Notes under the pieces: model-generated
Database searches by the model: none
What the model saw: the letters and a program-made list of their open reading frames with translations, nothing else
Told to the model about the DNA's origin: nothing
Position numbers and translations under genes: made by a program
From: Corticimicrobacter sp.
GTDB lineage: Bacteria > Pseudomonadota > Gammaproteobacteria > Burkholderiales > Burkholderiaceae_B
Assembly (NCBI RefSeq): GCF_040137905.1
Contig: NZ_JBEFDG010000021.1
Span: 16,990 to 40,989 of the forward strand
Direction: 5' to 3'
Length of the DNA stretch: 24,000 bases
Shown here: positions 15,722 through 24,000 of the stretch, piece after piece
Numbering within the stretch: the first letter of the stretch is position 1
Layout of the letters: every line of letters starts with the position of its first letter

Positions 15722-17742
15722 GGCAGCGGATACCATTCTCGGGACAGGGCCGGCCGTATCGTTTCCAGATGCGGCTGGTCGGTTGCGAAATCATCGGGGT
15801 AATACCCGAAGTTGAGTGCGCCGCGCATTTGCAGTCGCTCCATCCAGCGTGCCAGTTGCGCGCTGTCGAGTGCCCGTGCGTCGGCCGGCGCACGCCAGTC
15901 CACTGCCTGCAGTTCGAATACCGTGCGTGCCAGCGCGCCCGGTCGCTTCGCCACTTCGTCCACCAGCCGATCCAGCCAGGCATTGGTCTGTGCCGGAGGG
16001 ATCCTCTCCATCAGCGGCATGGCCATGGGTGCGACCCAGTCGTAGGCCGCCAGGAAATCGTCGAGGTTCTGCGCGAACCAGGTTTCGCTGGCTGGATCGA
16101 GGATCGGCAGGGCGAACAGGTTGCGTGCCGTCTGTATATGAGGTCCGCGTACCTTGCGGACCCGCTCGGTCAGTTCCTGTGTCAGCCCGATCAGGGCCTG
16201 GCTCTTGAATCGTGACCAGCGTTGCTGCATATCGGGATCGGTACGCAAGACATGCAGGTCGTCCGGCAGTCCGGCATTGCGGTAGGCTGCCCGTGCCGCT
16301 GGACTGGCATCCTCGACATCGCCGAGCAGCGCATCGTCGTGGAACAGGATGCCGGAAAACGGTGCCTGCCAGGCCAGGTCTTCGTAAATGTCTCCGATAC
16401 GGCGACGCACCTCTGCATCGAAGGGCGAGAGTCGTACGTATTGATCAGGGTCGATGCGGGCCGTGCCAGTTTCAGGATCCCAGGCCTGGACGCGCGGCAG
16501 AGCCGGGTCGAGGTCAAAGCCGAGTACCGGCATCCAGGCGAAGACTTTCACGTCGGCCCGGTTGAAGATCTGCCAGGCGGCGCGGTTGAACAGGTCGGCC
16601 CGCATCGGCAGCCAGCGGTTCGGGAAATACAGCGATTTGACCAGGCCATCACCGGCCGGGTCGGCGAACGCCTGCAGGAAGACGTGGGTAATACCCATAT
16701 CCTTGATGCGTTGTACCAGTACCCCGAGGTTCTCGTTGGTCTGCCCAGGATCGGGATCGTAGACATAATCCAGGTCCACGTGCATGACCCGCATGACTTC
16801 CTGCGCTTCCATGGCACGTACCGAATGGGCGAATTCGCGCGTGGAAGGGTCGTTCGACACCAGGAAGCGGGGTGAAGACATCAGCGAGTCCAACCGGGCG
16901 GGGCCATCCTGGAGCGTCATGGTCATGCGATAGCCTTGCTTGCCCAGGATTTCGATGGCAGTGCCGGTAGAGGCGCCATAGGGCCAGACCCAGACGCGCG
17001 GGGACCGCCCCGTGGCTGCCGTGATCCGCGCCGATATGTTGCGGGCATCCTGCGTCAGGCGGTCCCGATATTGCGATCGATCTTCGTAGGTGCCGGTCCG
17101 GGCATTGAACGCCAGCGTGGTGGCGGACGGTTGCTGGTTGCCCTGCGGATTGGCCTGGATGCCGAAATGCAGGTTATTAGTATGGGAAGCGATTTCAACC
17201 AGCCCGGAATCCGACATCTCGGCAATCTGTGCCCAGGTCGTGAAGTGCGTTCGCGCGACGGGCAGGCCACCGAAATCCACCGGTTCTCCGGCCGGCGTAT
17301 CCAGCCAGCGCCCGACCGGTGCGAAGATCGCTGGCCAGCGGTAGGCCTTGAGCAAGGGGAATACCCGCGAGTAGAAGCTGCTGTAACCATCGTCGAAGCT
17401 CAGCAGGACAGCCTTGTCGGGCAATGTCGGGCCGCCTTGGCGGGCAGCCAGTACCTGGTCGACCGAGACGGCCTGATAGCCGTTCTCGCGCAGCCAGGCC
17501 AATTGCGTCAGCAACCGGTCGGTGCGTACGCCCACAAAGCGCTGGTCGGCATCCAGGTCATCGACGTCGTGATAGGCCAGGGACAGGAATTGGTTGGCGG
17601 GCCAGGGCTGTTCGGTCGGGGCCAGCGGCCGCTCTGCCGGCGGGGTGAAGACCGGCAGGTCCTTGGCGCATGCGGCCAGCATCAGCAGCAACAGGGTGGT
17701 TGCACACCCTGTGCGCCATGCCCGTATTGTTCGTGCATTCAT
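15718..17742 (-). CDS. pgaB: PNAG N-deacetylase/hydrolase lipoprotein PgaB
   Basis: 674 aa. Lipobox LLMLAAC, NodB/CE4 domain ([15 protein letters not shown]), C-terminal PgaB-type glycoside-hydrolase-like domain (FLQAFADP..., ILFHDDA). Confidence 0.93.
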   Translation of the reverse strand: MNARTIRAWRTGCATTLLLLMLAACAKDLPVFTPPAERPLAPTEQPWPANQFLSLAYHDVDDLDADQRFVGVRTDRLLTQLAWLRENGYQAVSVDQVLAARQGGPTLPDKAVLLSFDDGYSSFYSRVFPLLKAYRWPAIFAPVGRWLDTPAGEPVDFGGLPVARTHFTTWAQIAEMSDSGLVEIASHTNNLHFGIQANPQGNQQPSATTLAFNARTGTYEDRSQYRDRLTQDARNISARITAATGRSPRVWVWPYGASTGTAIEILGKQGYRMTMTLQDGPARLDSLMSSPRFLVSNDPSTREFAHSVRAMEAQEVMRVMHVDLDYVYDPDPGQTNENLGVLVQRIKDMGITHVFLQAFADPAGDGLVKSLYFPNRWLPMRADLFNRAAWQIFNRADVKVFAWMPVLGFDLDPALPRVQAWDPETGTARIDPDQYVRLSPFDAEVRRRIGDIYEDLAWQAPFSGILFHDDALLGDVEDASPAARAAYRNAGLPDDLHVLRTDPDMQQRWSRFKSQALIGLTQELTERVRKVRGPHIQTARNLFALPILDPASETWFAQNLDDFLAAYDWVAPMAMPLMERIPPAQTNAWLDRLVDEVAKRPGALARTVFELQAVDWRAPADARALDSAQLARWMERLQMRGALNFGYYPDDFATDQPHLETIRPALSREWYPLP

Positions 17743-17770
17743 ATTGTGGGCTCCGTATGCCGGGACTGGG

Positions 17771-20251
17771 TCAGAATCGGTAGTTCAGGTCGAACTGGAT
17801 GTGGGTCTCGCGTTCGCGTACGCCGTCGTAGGGGCGGCTGGTGGCCGTGACCATCAGACCGGCCTCGAAAACGTCATGCATGCGCAATCGCTGCCCGTAA
17901 CCGATCAGGCCGGTTGCGGCAGTGCCGTAGTCGCGCTGTACATAGGCACCTGCGCCGGCCTGGAATACCTGTTCCCAGACGGTTTCGTAGCGGCGATACA
18001 GGATGTGGCTGACCTGAAGAGCCGGGGCGATGTCCAGATCTGCCCGTGGGCTGTAGTACGGTGTATCGGATTGGCTGTTGCGCGAGGCTTCCAGAGCCCA
18101 GAGGGCATCGATGCTGACGTGTGGCCGGGTGTAAAGACGTGTCTGCCCCGTCAGCGCCCAGCGATAGCGCTGGTTGCCGTCGCCGAAATGGTTGGTGCCG
18201 ACCTCCATGCGCCACTGCTGACGCTCGCTGCCAAGCCAGCGCGCGAACAGGCTGAGTCCATTGCTGCGGATGCCATTGCGCAGGGCGCGTAGCGGCGTAT
18301 CGCGTGCCAGGAGGGCCGCTTCTCCGCCCAGTTGCCAGTGGTCGTCCAGGTCGTAGGCGGCCGCCAGGCGCAGGCCGGTGCGGTGACCCTGTCCGTAGCT
18401 GTTGCGGGAAATTTCCCCCTCCAGCCACAGGTCACGGCTGCGTCGCTCCACACCGGCCCGCTGCCAGTCGTAGCCGATATTGCCTTCCTCGAATCGGCCA
18501 TAGGCGCGTCCGAGGCCTGCGAAGGCGCGCCAGTCGTAGTCGATGGGCGGGGTATAGATGACGGCATCGACGCTGTAGTCGCCATTGCCGCTGACAGGGC
18601 TGTCGTTGGACAGGCCTCGGTGGCCGCTGATACGCAGCTCGGCCTTGCGATAGACATCGAACAGCCGGTTCAGGCGCTTGACCGGCCAGGAGTCGGGATC
18701 GCGCCGAAGCGTCTCGGCTGCCAGCATGTCGGTCTGGCGCCATTCACGCAGTTCGAGCGCGGTCAGACCCTGGCCTGTCATCAGTGGAATGTCTCGTGGG
18801 GCCAGCGCTTCGGCAATCTTCAGGCGGCGTTCGGCATGGCGCGGCCACATGCGGGCGCGATGGCTTTCAGCCAAAGCGATGTGCAGGTGCTGGTTGCCGG
18901 GTGCCCGCCGCAGCAGCGCCTCGAGTTTTTCAACGGCCCGGTCGGTGGCATTGGCATAGAGGTCGGCCATGTCGGTCGCGAGTTGTGTGTCGAGGCGTCG
19001 CGCATTGGGCTGGAGTTCGGGCTGGCCGGCAATGCTGAGCCGCGTGTCGCGCCGATTGGCTTCGGCCACGACCGCGTATGCCCGTTCAAAATCTTCGGTT
19101 TCCACCAGCGCATAGAAGAGGCCCAGTTCAGCCAGCATGCGCTCCTCGTCGTCCTGGGTCAGGCGTGCCAGCGCCTGCTCGAAACATGGAATGGCGTGTT
19201 CGGGCTGGCGCAGTTCCAGGTAGGCCGATCCGGCCAGGCGCAGCACATAGGGCGAGTCGATGGCGGCATCGGCAGCCAGTGCTTCGTACTCCTGTGCCAC
19301 GGCACGCCATTGCAGCCGGCTTGCCAGGGCATCCAGCCTGTCCAGCCGGGCCCGGCGCATGGCATCCTGCGTTTCCGGCAACTGCCGCGACCAGTCGGCG
19401 AGCAGTCTGTCATAGCGCTGCAGTGCCCGGTCCGCAATTTCGAAGCGTTCCGTTTCCGAGCGTGTGGGCAGGCTGGACAGGCGTACCGATCCGGCCACGG
19501 CGTCCAGTTCGAGATCCCGGTGCGCCGCAGCATCCAGGAGACCGGGATGGCTAGCGGCCAGTGCCAGGGCCGGGACGGACAGCCCGATGGTTTGCATGGC
19601 ATTGATCAGTGCGGTGATGATCTGCCGATCATCTGGCCAGCGTGCATGAGCGAGATCCAGCGTATGCCAGGCATCGTAGTCCTGGCCTGCCTGGGATTGA
19701 ACATAGGCCAGGACGAGATGGGGGAGCGGTGCATCGGGAGACTGGGCCAGCCAGGTCCGGGCCAGTGGCATGGCCTGTGCCAATTTGCCGGCGTCGGCCT
19801 GGGTCAGTATGTGCCCGGCGCGCAGTTGCGGATCCTGCGGTGCTGCCTGCATGGCGCGGGCATACAGGATTTCCGCCTGTGACCAGTGATGCCTGAAACG
19901 CAAGGCCCGTGCTGCGGCACCCAGCATATCAGGTGTCCAGTGCCGGTCCTGGGCATAGCGTTGGTAGAGATCGATGACTTCGTCATCAAGGCCGGCCCAA
20001 CTGGCAATCAGAACATGGTCCCGAAGCCGGTTCGCCTGTCCGTCACTGCGATGTGCCCCATGATCCAGCGTGCGCAGGTAGTCCAGCGCAGCATCATGCT
20101 CGCCGGTGCGAGCCTGGTGGATGAGTTGTTCGTAGTGTTGCGGTGTGACGGGTGCTGCCGGGATTGACATCGGCAAGGCCGATGAGATGGCCGCAACAAA
20201 AAATGCGGCCCAGTGTGGGGATGGCGGATTCATGCACAATCGAACTTTCAC
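17771..20251 (-). CDS. pgaA: PNAG export porin PgaA (TPR domain + C-terminal beta-barrel)
   Basis: 826 aa from GTG 20251 (alternative ATG 20233, MNPPSPHWAAFFVAAISSALP). TPR-like helical N-half. The C-half has alternating beta-strand pattern and ends in aromatic ...IQFDLNYRF. First gene of pgaABCD. Confidence 0.88.
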   Translation of the reverse strand: MKVRLCMNPPSPHWAAFFVAAISSALPMSIPAAPVTPQHYEQLIHQARTGEHDAALDYLRTLDHGAHRSDGQANRLRDHVLIASWAGLDDEVIDLYQRYAQDRHWTPDMLGAAARALRFRHHWSQAEILYARAMQAAPQDPQLRAGHILTQADAGKLAQAMPLARTWLAQSPDAPLPHLVLAYVQSQAGQDYDAWHTLDLAHARWPDDRQIITALINAMQTIGLSVPALALAASHPGLLDAAAHRDLELDAVAGSVRLSSLPTRSETERFEIADRALQRYDRLLADWSRQLPETQDAMRRARLDRLDALASRLQWRAVAQEYEALAADAAIDSPYVLRLAGSAYLELRQPEHAIPCFEQALARLTQDDEERMLAELGLFYALVETEDFERAYAVVAEANRRDTRLSIAGQPELQPNARRLDTQLATDMADLYANATDRAVEKLEALLRRAPGNQHLHIALAESHRARMWPRHAERRLKIAEALAPRDIPLMTGQGLTALELREWRQTDMLAAETLRRDPDSWPVKRLNRLFDVYRKAELRISGHRGLSNDSPVSGNGDYSVDAVIYTPPIDYDWRAFAGLGRAYGRFEEGNIGYDWQRAGVERRSRDLWLEGEISRNSYGQGHRTGLRLAAAYDLDDHWQLGGEAALLARDTPLRALRNGIRSNGLSLFARWLGSERQQWRMEVGTNHFGDGNQRYRWALTGQTRLYTRPHVSIDALWALEASRNSQSDTPYYSPRADLDIAPALQVSHILYRRYETVWEQVFQAGAGAYVQRDYGTAATGLIGYGQRLRMHDVFEAGLMVTATSRPYDGVRERETHIQFDLNYRF

Positions 20252-20702
20252 CCGATGGCAGGACGGAGCTGCATGCTTCTGGCACGCATTCTTTAAGCAT
20301 GATCCTGCGCCTCATCTTTCTGTCGAAGGATGTCGGATACTTTTTAGAATATGGTATCGAATGTGCTGAAAATGCTTCTTTTGCCTTTTAATTGATACTG
20401 AATTTGGCTGATTTTCAGGAAATCGACGAAGTACGCCCAGGTGGAACCCGCATGGATGTGGGGTCTGGATCATGGGGGCAGTTGCTTTCGCGTATGGGAT
20501 ACGCTTCTTCCGGCACGACAGGAGCGAAGCAGTATCTGGTAAAAACAAAGATAATCAAGGCGTCAATAATCGTTGCATTTCATCTGTTCCCTGCCTTGGG
20601 TGAGTTTCTTGAGTGTGGTGATGGTCGCATGGCATCCGCGTGTTGTGGTCCAATCTCTGCGGTATGAAGACTTGGCATGGGGACAATCGATAGGGGGCTG
20701 TC

Positions 20703-21890
20703 TTGGCTTTAAATGTATCGTTGCGGCGACGCTGGCCGTGGCTGCTGGTGCTGATGATCGTGCTGGCGTTGCTGCTGCTGTGGCGTCCGTGGCGGGGCAG
20801 CCCGGTGCCGGTCTATCGCCTCGAAAGCCGTCCCCTGGTGCAGGATGTCGTGGCCAGCGGCCGCATTGCCGCGCGTGAGCGCACGCGGCTGGGCAGCGAG
20901 GCGGCGGGTGTGGTTGTGGAGCGCTTCGTGCGGGAAGGCGACATGGTGACGGCAGGGCAATTGCTGGTTCGCCTGCGCAATGACGAGGCACAGGCGCGTC
21001 TGGCCGAGGCCGAGGCAGTCCTGGATCAGCTCCAGGATGTGCGTCGTCAGCAGGTGGCAGCCGAGCTGCGCGAGGCGGAGGTCGCTCTGGTACAGGCCGA
21101 GCGCGAGGCGCGACGGCGGCATGAGCTGGCTGCCCGTAACGCCATGCCGAGGGAGACGGCCGAACAGGCGCAGCAGGTGCTCGATACCGCCAGGTTGCGA
21201 CGTGATCGCGCCCGGCTGGCGCAGCGTGACCTGGCCGGCGATGGCCCCGAGGAACGTACGCTGCGCGAGCGGGCGGCAGTTGCTGCTGCGGTGCTGGCGC
21301 GGACCGAGGTACGCTCGCCGTTCGATGGTGTGGTTGCCGCGCGTCTGGTTGAGGTGGGCGATGCTGTCCAGGCGGGGCAACAACTTTTTGATATCGTGCG
21401 TCTCCCGGCCGTCAATGAGGCGGTGATTCCGGTCGATGAAAAATTTCTTGACCGGCTGGAGGTTGGACAGAACGCGGTGGTGATTGCCGATGCCTTCCTG
21501 GACCGGCCATTCCAGGCCGTGGTGGATCGCATTTCGCCGCAGGTCGATCCGCAGCGCGGTACGGTGGATGTGCATCTGTTGCCGCAGACCGTGCCTGAGT
21601 ATCTGCGTGAGGACATGACGGTGTCCGCGACGATTCGAACCGCCAGCAAGGATGATGCGCTGGTCGTGCCCAACGATGCGCTGGCGTCACGGCGTGGTGA
21701 TCGCGCCACGGTGCAGGTGTTGCGCGGTGAGCGGGCCGTGGTGGTGCCGGTACGCCTGGGATTGCGGGGGCTCTTTGCCAGTGAGGTGCTGGAAGGTGTG
21801 GTTGCCGGCGATCTGGTGCTGGCGAACGCGGCACCGATGGGTGACCGGCGCCTGTATCCGCAGGAGCAAGCCTTTCCGGAAGCGCAGTGA
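20703..21890 (+). CDS. Periplasmic adaptor (HlyD/MacA-type membrane fusion protein) of an ABC exporter
   Basis: 395 aa. N-terminal TM anchor WPWLLVLMIVLALLLLW, lipoyl-like hairpin halves (GDMVTAGQLLVRL ... VRSPFDGVVAARLVEVGDAVQAGQQLF) flanking a coiled coil, then a beta-barrel domain. TTG 20703 is preceded by AGGGGG with a 5-nt spacer. Confidence 0.88.
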   Translation: MALNVSLRRRWPWLLVLMIVLALLLLWRPWRGSPVPVYRLESRPLVQDVVASGRIAARERTRLGSEAAGVVVERFVREGDMVTAGQLLVRLRNDEAQARLAEAEAVLDQLQDVRRQQVAAELREAEVALVQAEREARRRHELAARNAMPRETAEQAQQVLDTARLRRDRARLAQRDLAGDGPEERTLRERAAVAAAVLARTEVRSPFDGVVAARLVEVGDAVQAGQQLFDIVRLPAVNEAVIPVDEKFLDRLEVGQNAVVIADAFLDRPFQAVVDRISPQVDPQRGTVDVHLLPQTVPEYLREDMTVSATIRTASKDDALVVPNDALASRRGDRATVQVLRGERAVVVPVRLGLRGLFASEVLEGVVAGDLVLANAAPMGDRRLYPQEQAFPEAQ

Positions 21891-23122
21891 TGAGGGGCCT
21901 GAGGGGCTGGTGCGATAATGCCTGGTTCGCCAGCCGGGTGGCGCTGCGTTTCCTGGGGCAGAGCCGGGTGCAGACGTCGATCATCCTGGTCGGCATTGTC
22001 GTGGGCGTGTCGATTATCGTGTTCCTGCGCGTGCTGATTGGCGGCCTGCAGGCCAACGCGATCGATCGCATGCTGGGTACCCAGTCGCATATTGCGATCG
22101 AGGCGGCAGATCGTGTCAATGTGCCGGCTGCCGGGCCAGAGGGTGGCTGGCACCTGATGCTGGAGGACAGGCGCGCGCAGGGCCTGCATTCGATAGACGA
22201 TTGGCAGCGCCTCTTGCCGGCGCTGGAGTCCCTGGAGGGCATCCGGGCCGTCTCGCCGATGGTGTCGGGTGCAGCCATCGGCAGACGCGGTGGTGCGCGC
22301 GAAGCGGTGACCGTGCTGGGGGTGGATGCCGAACGCTACCAGCGCATCGTGCCGGTTGGCAACAACCTGCGCGAGGGGGCGTTTATCCTGTCGCCCGGCA
22401 ATGTGGCGATCGGCAGTCGCCTGGCCGAGACGCTGGGGCTGCAGGCGGGCGGCAAACTGCGCATCGAGGCGGATGAAGGGGCCAGTGCAGTGATGACAGT
22501 CGCCGGCATTTTCGAGATGGGCGTGCGCGAACTGGATTCGCGCTACGTCTACATGGATATGAAGCAGGCCCAGTCCTTGCTGGATCTGCCGGGGGGCGTG
22601 ACGCGTATTGATGCTACCGTGGAAGATATTTTCGCGGCCCGCACCATCGCTGATCGCATTGCCCGATTGCTTGGGCTGAAGGCAGAAAGCTGGATGCAGA
22701 CCAATGCCCAGTTGCTCAATGCCTTGCGTTCGCAATCCATGGCGACGACCTTGATCAGCGTATTCGTGGCTCTGGCGGTGGCGATTGGCATCGCTGCCGT
22801 ATTGGCCGTGAGCGTCACCCAGCGGACGCGTGAAATCGGCATTCTGCGGGCCATGGGGACCACGCGGTGGCAGATGCTGGCCGTGTTTCTGCTACAAGGG
22901 GCAATACTTGGCCTGGCGGGTTCGCTGGCGGGCAGCCTGGCCGGTTGGGGCATGGTGGCTGCGTTTCATGCCTTCGGTCCGGGCCTGTTCGATACGCCGT
23001 TTCCACCCCAGACGATTCCCATGGCCATTGCGATTGCCACCTTGAGCGGTGTACTGGCCGCCTCCATTCCTGCCTGGCGTGCGGCGCGCATGGACCCGGC
23101 GGAGGCGATACGCTATGTCTGA
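21887..23122 (+). CDS. ABC exporter permease, FtsX/MacB-LolCE type (4 TM + periplasmic domain)
   Basis: 411 aa. TM1, then a ~230-aa periplasmic MacB_PCD-like domain, then the FtsX domain (REIGILRAMGTTRWQMLAVFLLQGAILGLAGSLAG). GTG 21887 overlaps the MFP stop (GTGA); ATG 21890 is an alternative. Confidence 0.88.
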   Translation: MMRGLRGWCDNAWFASRVALRFLGQSRVQTSIILVGIVVGVSIIVFLRVLIGGLQANAIDRMLGTQSHIAIEAADRVNVPAAGPEGGWHLMLEDRRAQGLHSIDDWQRLLPALESLEGIRAVSPMVSGAAIGRRGGAREAVTVLGVDAERYQRIVPVGNNLREGAFILSPGNVAIGSRLAETLGLQAGGKLRIEADEGASAVMTVAGIFEMGVRELDSRYVYMDMKQAQSLLDLPGGVTRIDATVEDIFAARTIADRIARLLGLKAESWMQTNAQLLNALRSQSMATTLISVFVALAVAIGIAAVLAVSVTQRTREIGILRAMGTTRWQMLAVFLLQGAILGLAGSLAGSLAGWGMVAAFHAFGPGLFDTPFPPQTIPMAIAIATLSGVLAASIPAWRAARMDPAEAIRYV

Positions 23123-23831
23123 TGATAGCTCCAGGCAGTCCGCTCCGGTGCTGGCCGTGCGTGAGGTGCGAAAGTCCTATCATGTCGGGCTGCCGACAGA
23201 ATCCGAGGTGCTGCATGACGTCAGCTTCGAATTGGCTGCAGACGATTTCTGCGCGCTGGTCGGACCTTCCGGATCAGGCAAGACGTCGTTGCTGAATCTG
23301 GTGGCGCAACTGGATACGCCTACACAGGGTGAAATCGAGCTGCTGGGCCATCCCACCCGCGCGATGCCGGACCGGGAGCGTACCTTGCTGCGCCGCCGTG
23401 CCCTGGGCTTCGTGTTCCAGTTCCACCACCTGATACCGGCGTTCACGGCCCTGGAAAACGTCCTGATGCCGTGCATGATCGATCATGGCAAACCTCGCAC
23501 GGCTGATCGCGAGCGCGCATTGGCGTTGCTGCAAGACGTTGGGCTGGGGAATTTCGCGCACAAGCTGCCGGCAGAACTCTCCGGTGGCCAGCAGCAGCGC
23601 GTGGCCATTGCCCGTGCACTGGTTACGCATCCCCCCTTGCTGGTGGCGGATGAGCCGACGGGCAATCTCGATACCCAGACCGCCGAGAGCATCTTTGCCC
23701 TGTTCCGGCGCTTTCATGAGCAACTGGGATGCGCGGTATTGATCGTGACCCACGACCAGCGGCTGTCGTCGCAGGCTGACCGGCTGATTACGCTGGTGGA
23801 TGGGCGGATTGCCGGGGACTGCGTGCGTTGA
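23115..23831 (+). CDS. ABC exporter ATP-binding protein (LolD/MacB-NBD type)
   Basis: Start at ATG 23115 (MSDDSSRQ..., 8-nt overlap with the permease stop). Walker [12 protein letters not shown], signature [15 protein letters not shown], Walker [14 protein letters not shown]-loop IVTHDQ. 238 aa. Confidence 0.92.
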   Translation: MSDDSSRQSAPVLAVREVRKSYHVGLPTESEVLHDVSFELAADDFCALVGPSGSGKTSLLNLVAQLDTPTQGEIELLGHPTRAMPDRERTLLRRRALGFVFQFHHLIPAFTALENVLMPCMIDHGKPRTADRERALALLQDVGLGNFAHKLPAELSGGQQQRVAIARALVTHPPLLVADEPTGNLDTQTAESIFALFRRFHEQLGCAVLIVTHDQRLSSQADRLITLVDGRIAGDCVR

Positions 23832-23841
23832 CACCCAAACG

Positions 23842-23879
23842 AAAAAAGGACCTACGTTAGAAACGTAAGTCCTTGATTT
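23842..23879. terminator. Bidirectional hairpin terminator between the exporter ATPase gene and tRNA-Cys
   Basis: AAAAAA-AGGACCTACGT-tagaa-ACGTAAGTCCT-TGATTT (11-bp stem with one C/A mismatch, 23847-23873). The U-tract is strong for the minus-strand (tRNA) transcript and weaker for the plus strand. Confidence 0.55.
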
Positions 23880-23883
23880 CATT

Positions 23884-23957
23884 TGGAGGCGCAAGCCGGA
23901 ATCGAACCGACGTACACGGATTTGCAATCCGCTGCATAACCACTCTGCCATTGCGCC
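23884..23957 (-). tRNA. tRNA-Cys (anticodon GCA), 74 nt with encoded CCA
   Basis: Reverse complement GGCGCAATGGCAGAGTGGTTATGCAGCGGATTGCAAATCCGTGTACGTCGGTTCGATTCCGGCTTGCGCCTCCA. Acceptor GGCGCAA/TTGCGCC, anticodon stem GCGGA/TCCGT with loop TTGCAAA, T-arm GTCGG-TTCGATT-CCGGC, discriminator U73 typical of tRNA-Cys. Confidence 0.95.
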
Positions 23958-23972
23958 ATCAGCAAAGGCGAG

Positions 23973-24000
23973 ATTCTACACGAAGCTGGATTTTTTTGCA
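23973..24000 (-). promoter_or_regulatory. Candidate sigma70 promoter of tRNA-Cys
   Basis: On the minus strand: TAGAAT (23978->23973) 15 nt upstream of the mature 5' end, preceded by TG. 17 nt further up is nTGCAA, whose first base lies beyond the window edge. Confidence 0.3.

Noticed and set aside
20334-20358. CGGATAC heptamer (the same as the mgtE upstream repeat) with an imperfect inverted partner GGTATCG in the pga/exporter spacer.
   Set aside because: By my rough estimate, a 7-mer is expected a few times by chance in 24 kb on two strands. The partner is imperfect, so this is not evidence for a shared regulator.
20312-20548. 78-aa minus-strand ORF just upstream of pgaA.
   Set aside because: It has a TTG start without an SD. 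Its Lys/Arg/His-rich low-complexity translation is typical of AT-rich non-coding sequence, and it overlaps the equally weak plus-strand ORF.
20252-20702. CsrA-type GGA sites or a c-di-GMP (GEMM) riboswitch in the pgaA leader on the minus strand.
   Set aside because: There are only five GGA triplets on the minus strand over ~450 nt, which is not enriched, and I could not confirm that any sits in a hairpin loop. No GEMM-like ACGCAAAGC / GGCAAACC core pair was found. There is also no clear SD for either candidate pgaA start.
23274-23951. 225-aa minus-strand ORF beginning MAEWLCSGLQIRVRRFDSGLRLQ.
   Set aside because: Its 5' end is the tRNA-Cys gene read as protein, and the remainder is antisense to the ABC ATPase gene.
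1-24000. Searched by eye for CRISPR-like spaced repeats, IS inverted repeats, transposase or integrase genes, toxin-antitoxin pairs and known defence-system signatures.
   Set aside because: None found. Every sizeable ORF is accounted for by a housekeeping, transport or biofilm family, or by the hypotheticals listed above. A systematic repeat search (self dot-plot) was not possible by hand and would be the decisive check.

Overview
GC-rich proteobacterial chromosomal window, with a few clearly AT-richer spacers. It is almost fully tiled by 23 protein genes and one tRNA. Left to right: (1) a minus-strand cluster of mgtE -> mgtC -> partial sensor histidine kinase, preceded by a repeat-rich promoter region and a ~220-nt hairpin-rich leader; (2) a divergent-clade phosphoketolase with a 7-nt overlap onto a beta-CASP MBL hydrolase (minus); (3) a cytochrome b562 homologue and an orphan 220-aa protein (plus); (4) a four-gene PotD/AfuA-type ABC importer (minus); (5) a 115-aa acidic hypothetical (minus); (6) a cold-shock module (plus): an 82-aa ORF ATGA-coupled to a long IF-1 paralogue, then a TTG-initiated CspA-family gene and a terminator; (7) a complete pgaABCD PNAG operon (minus); (8) a ~450-bp AT-richer divergent spacer; (9) an exporter made of a membrane-fusion protein, an FtsX-type permease and a LolD/MacB-type ATPase (plus); (10) a bidirectional terminator and tRNA-Cys(GCA). 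I saw no CRISPR array, transposase, integrase or recognisable phage-defence gene. The window looks like ordinary core or shell chromosome, and I cannot point to a clear undescribed multi-gene system. The items most worth a second look are non-coding or small: the mgtE control region, the small-ORF/infA/csp module, and the pgaA/exporter spacer. That spacer holds a GGA-motif cluster and a possible 71-aa ORF just upstream of the exporter. All family calls rest on motif recognition by eye. No database search was run.
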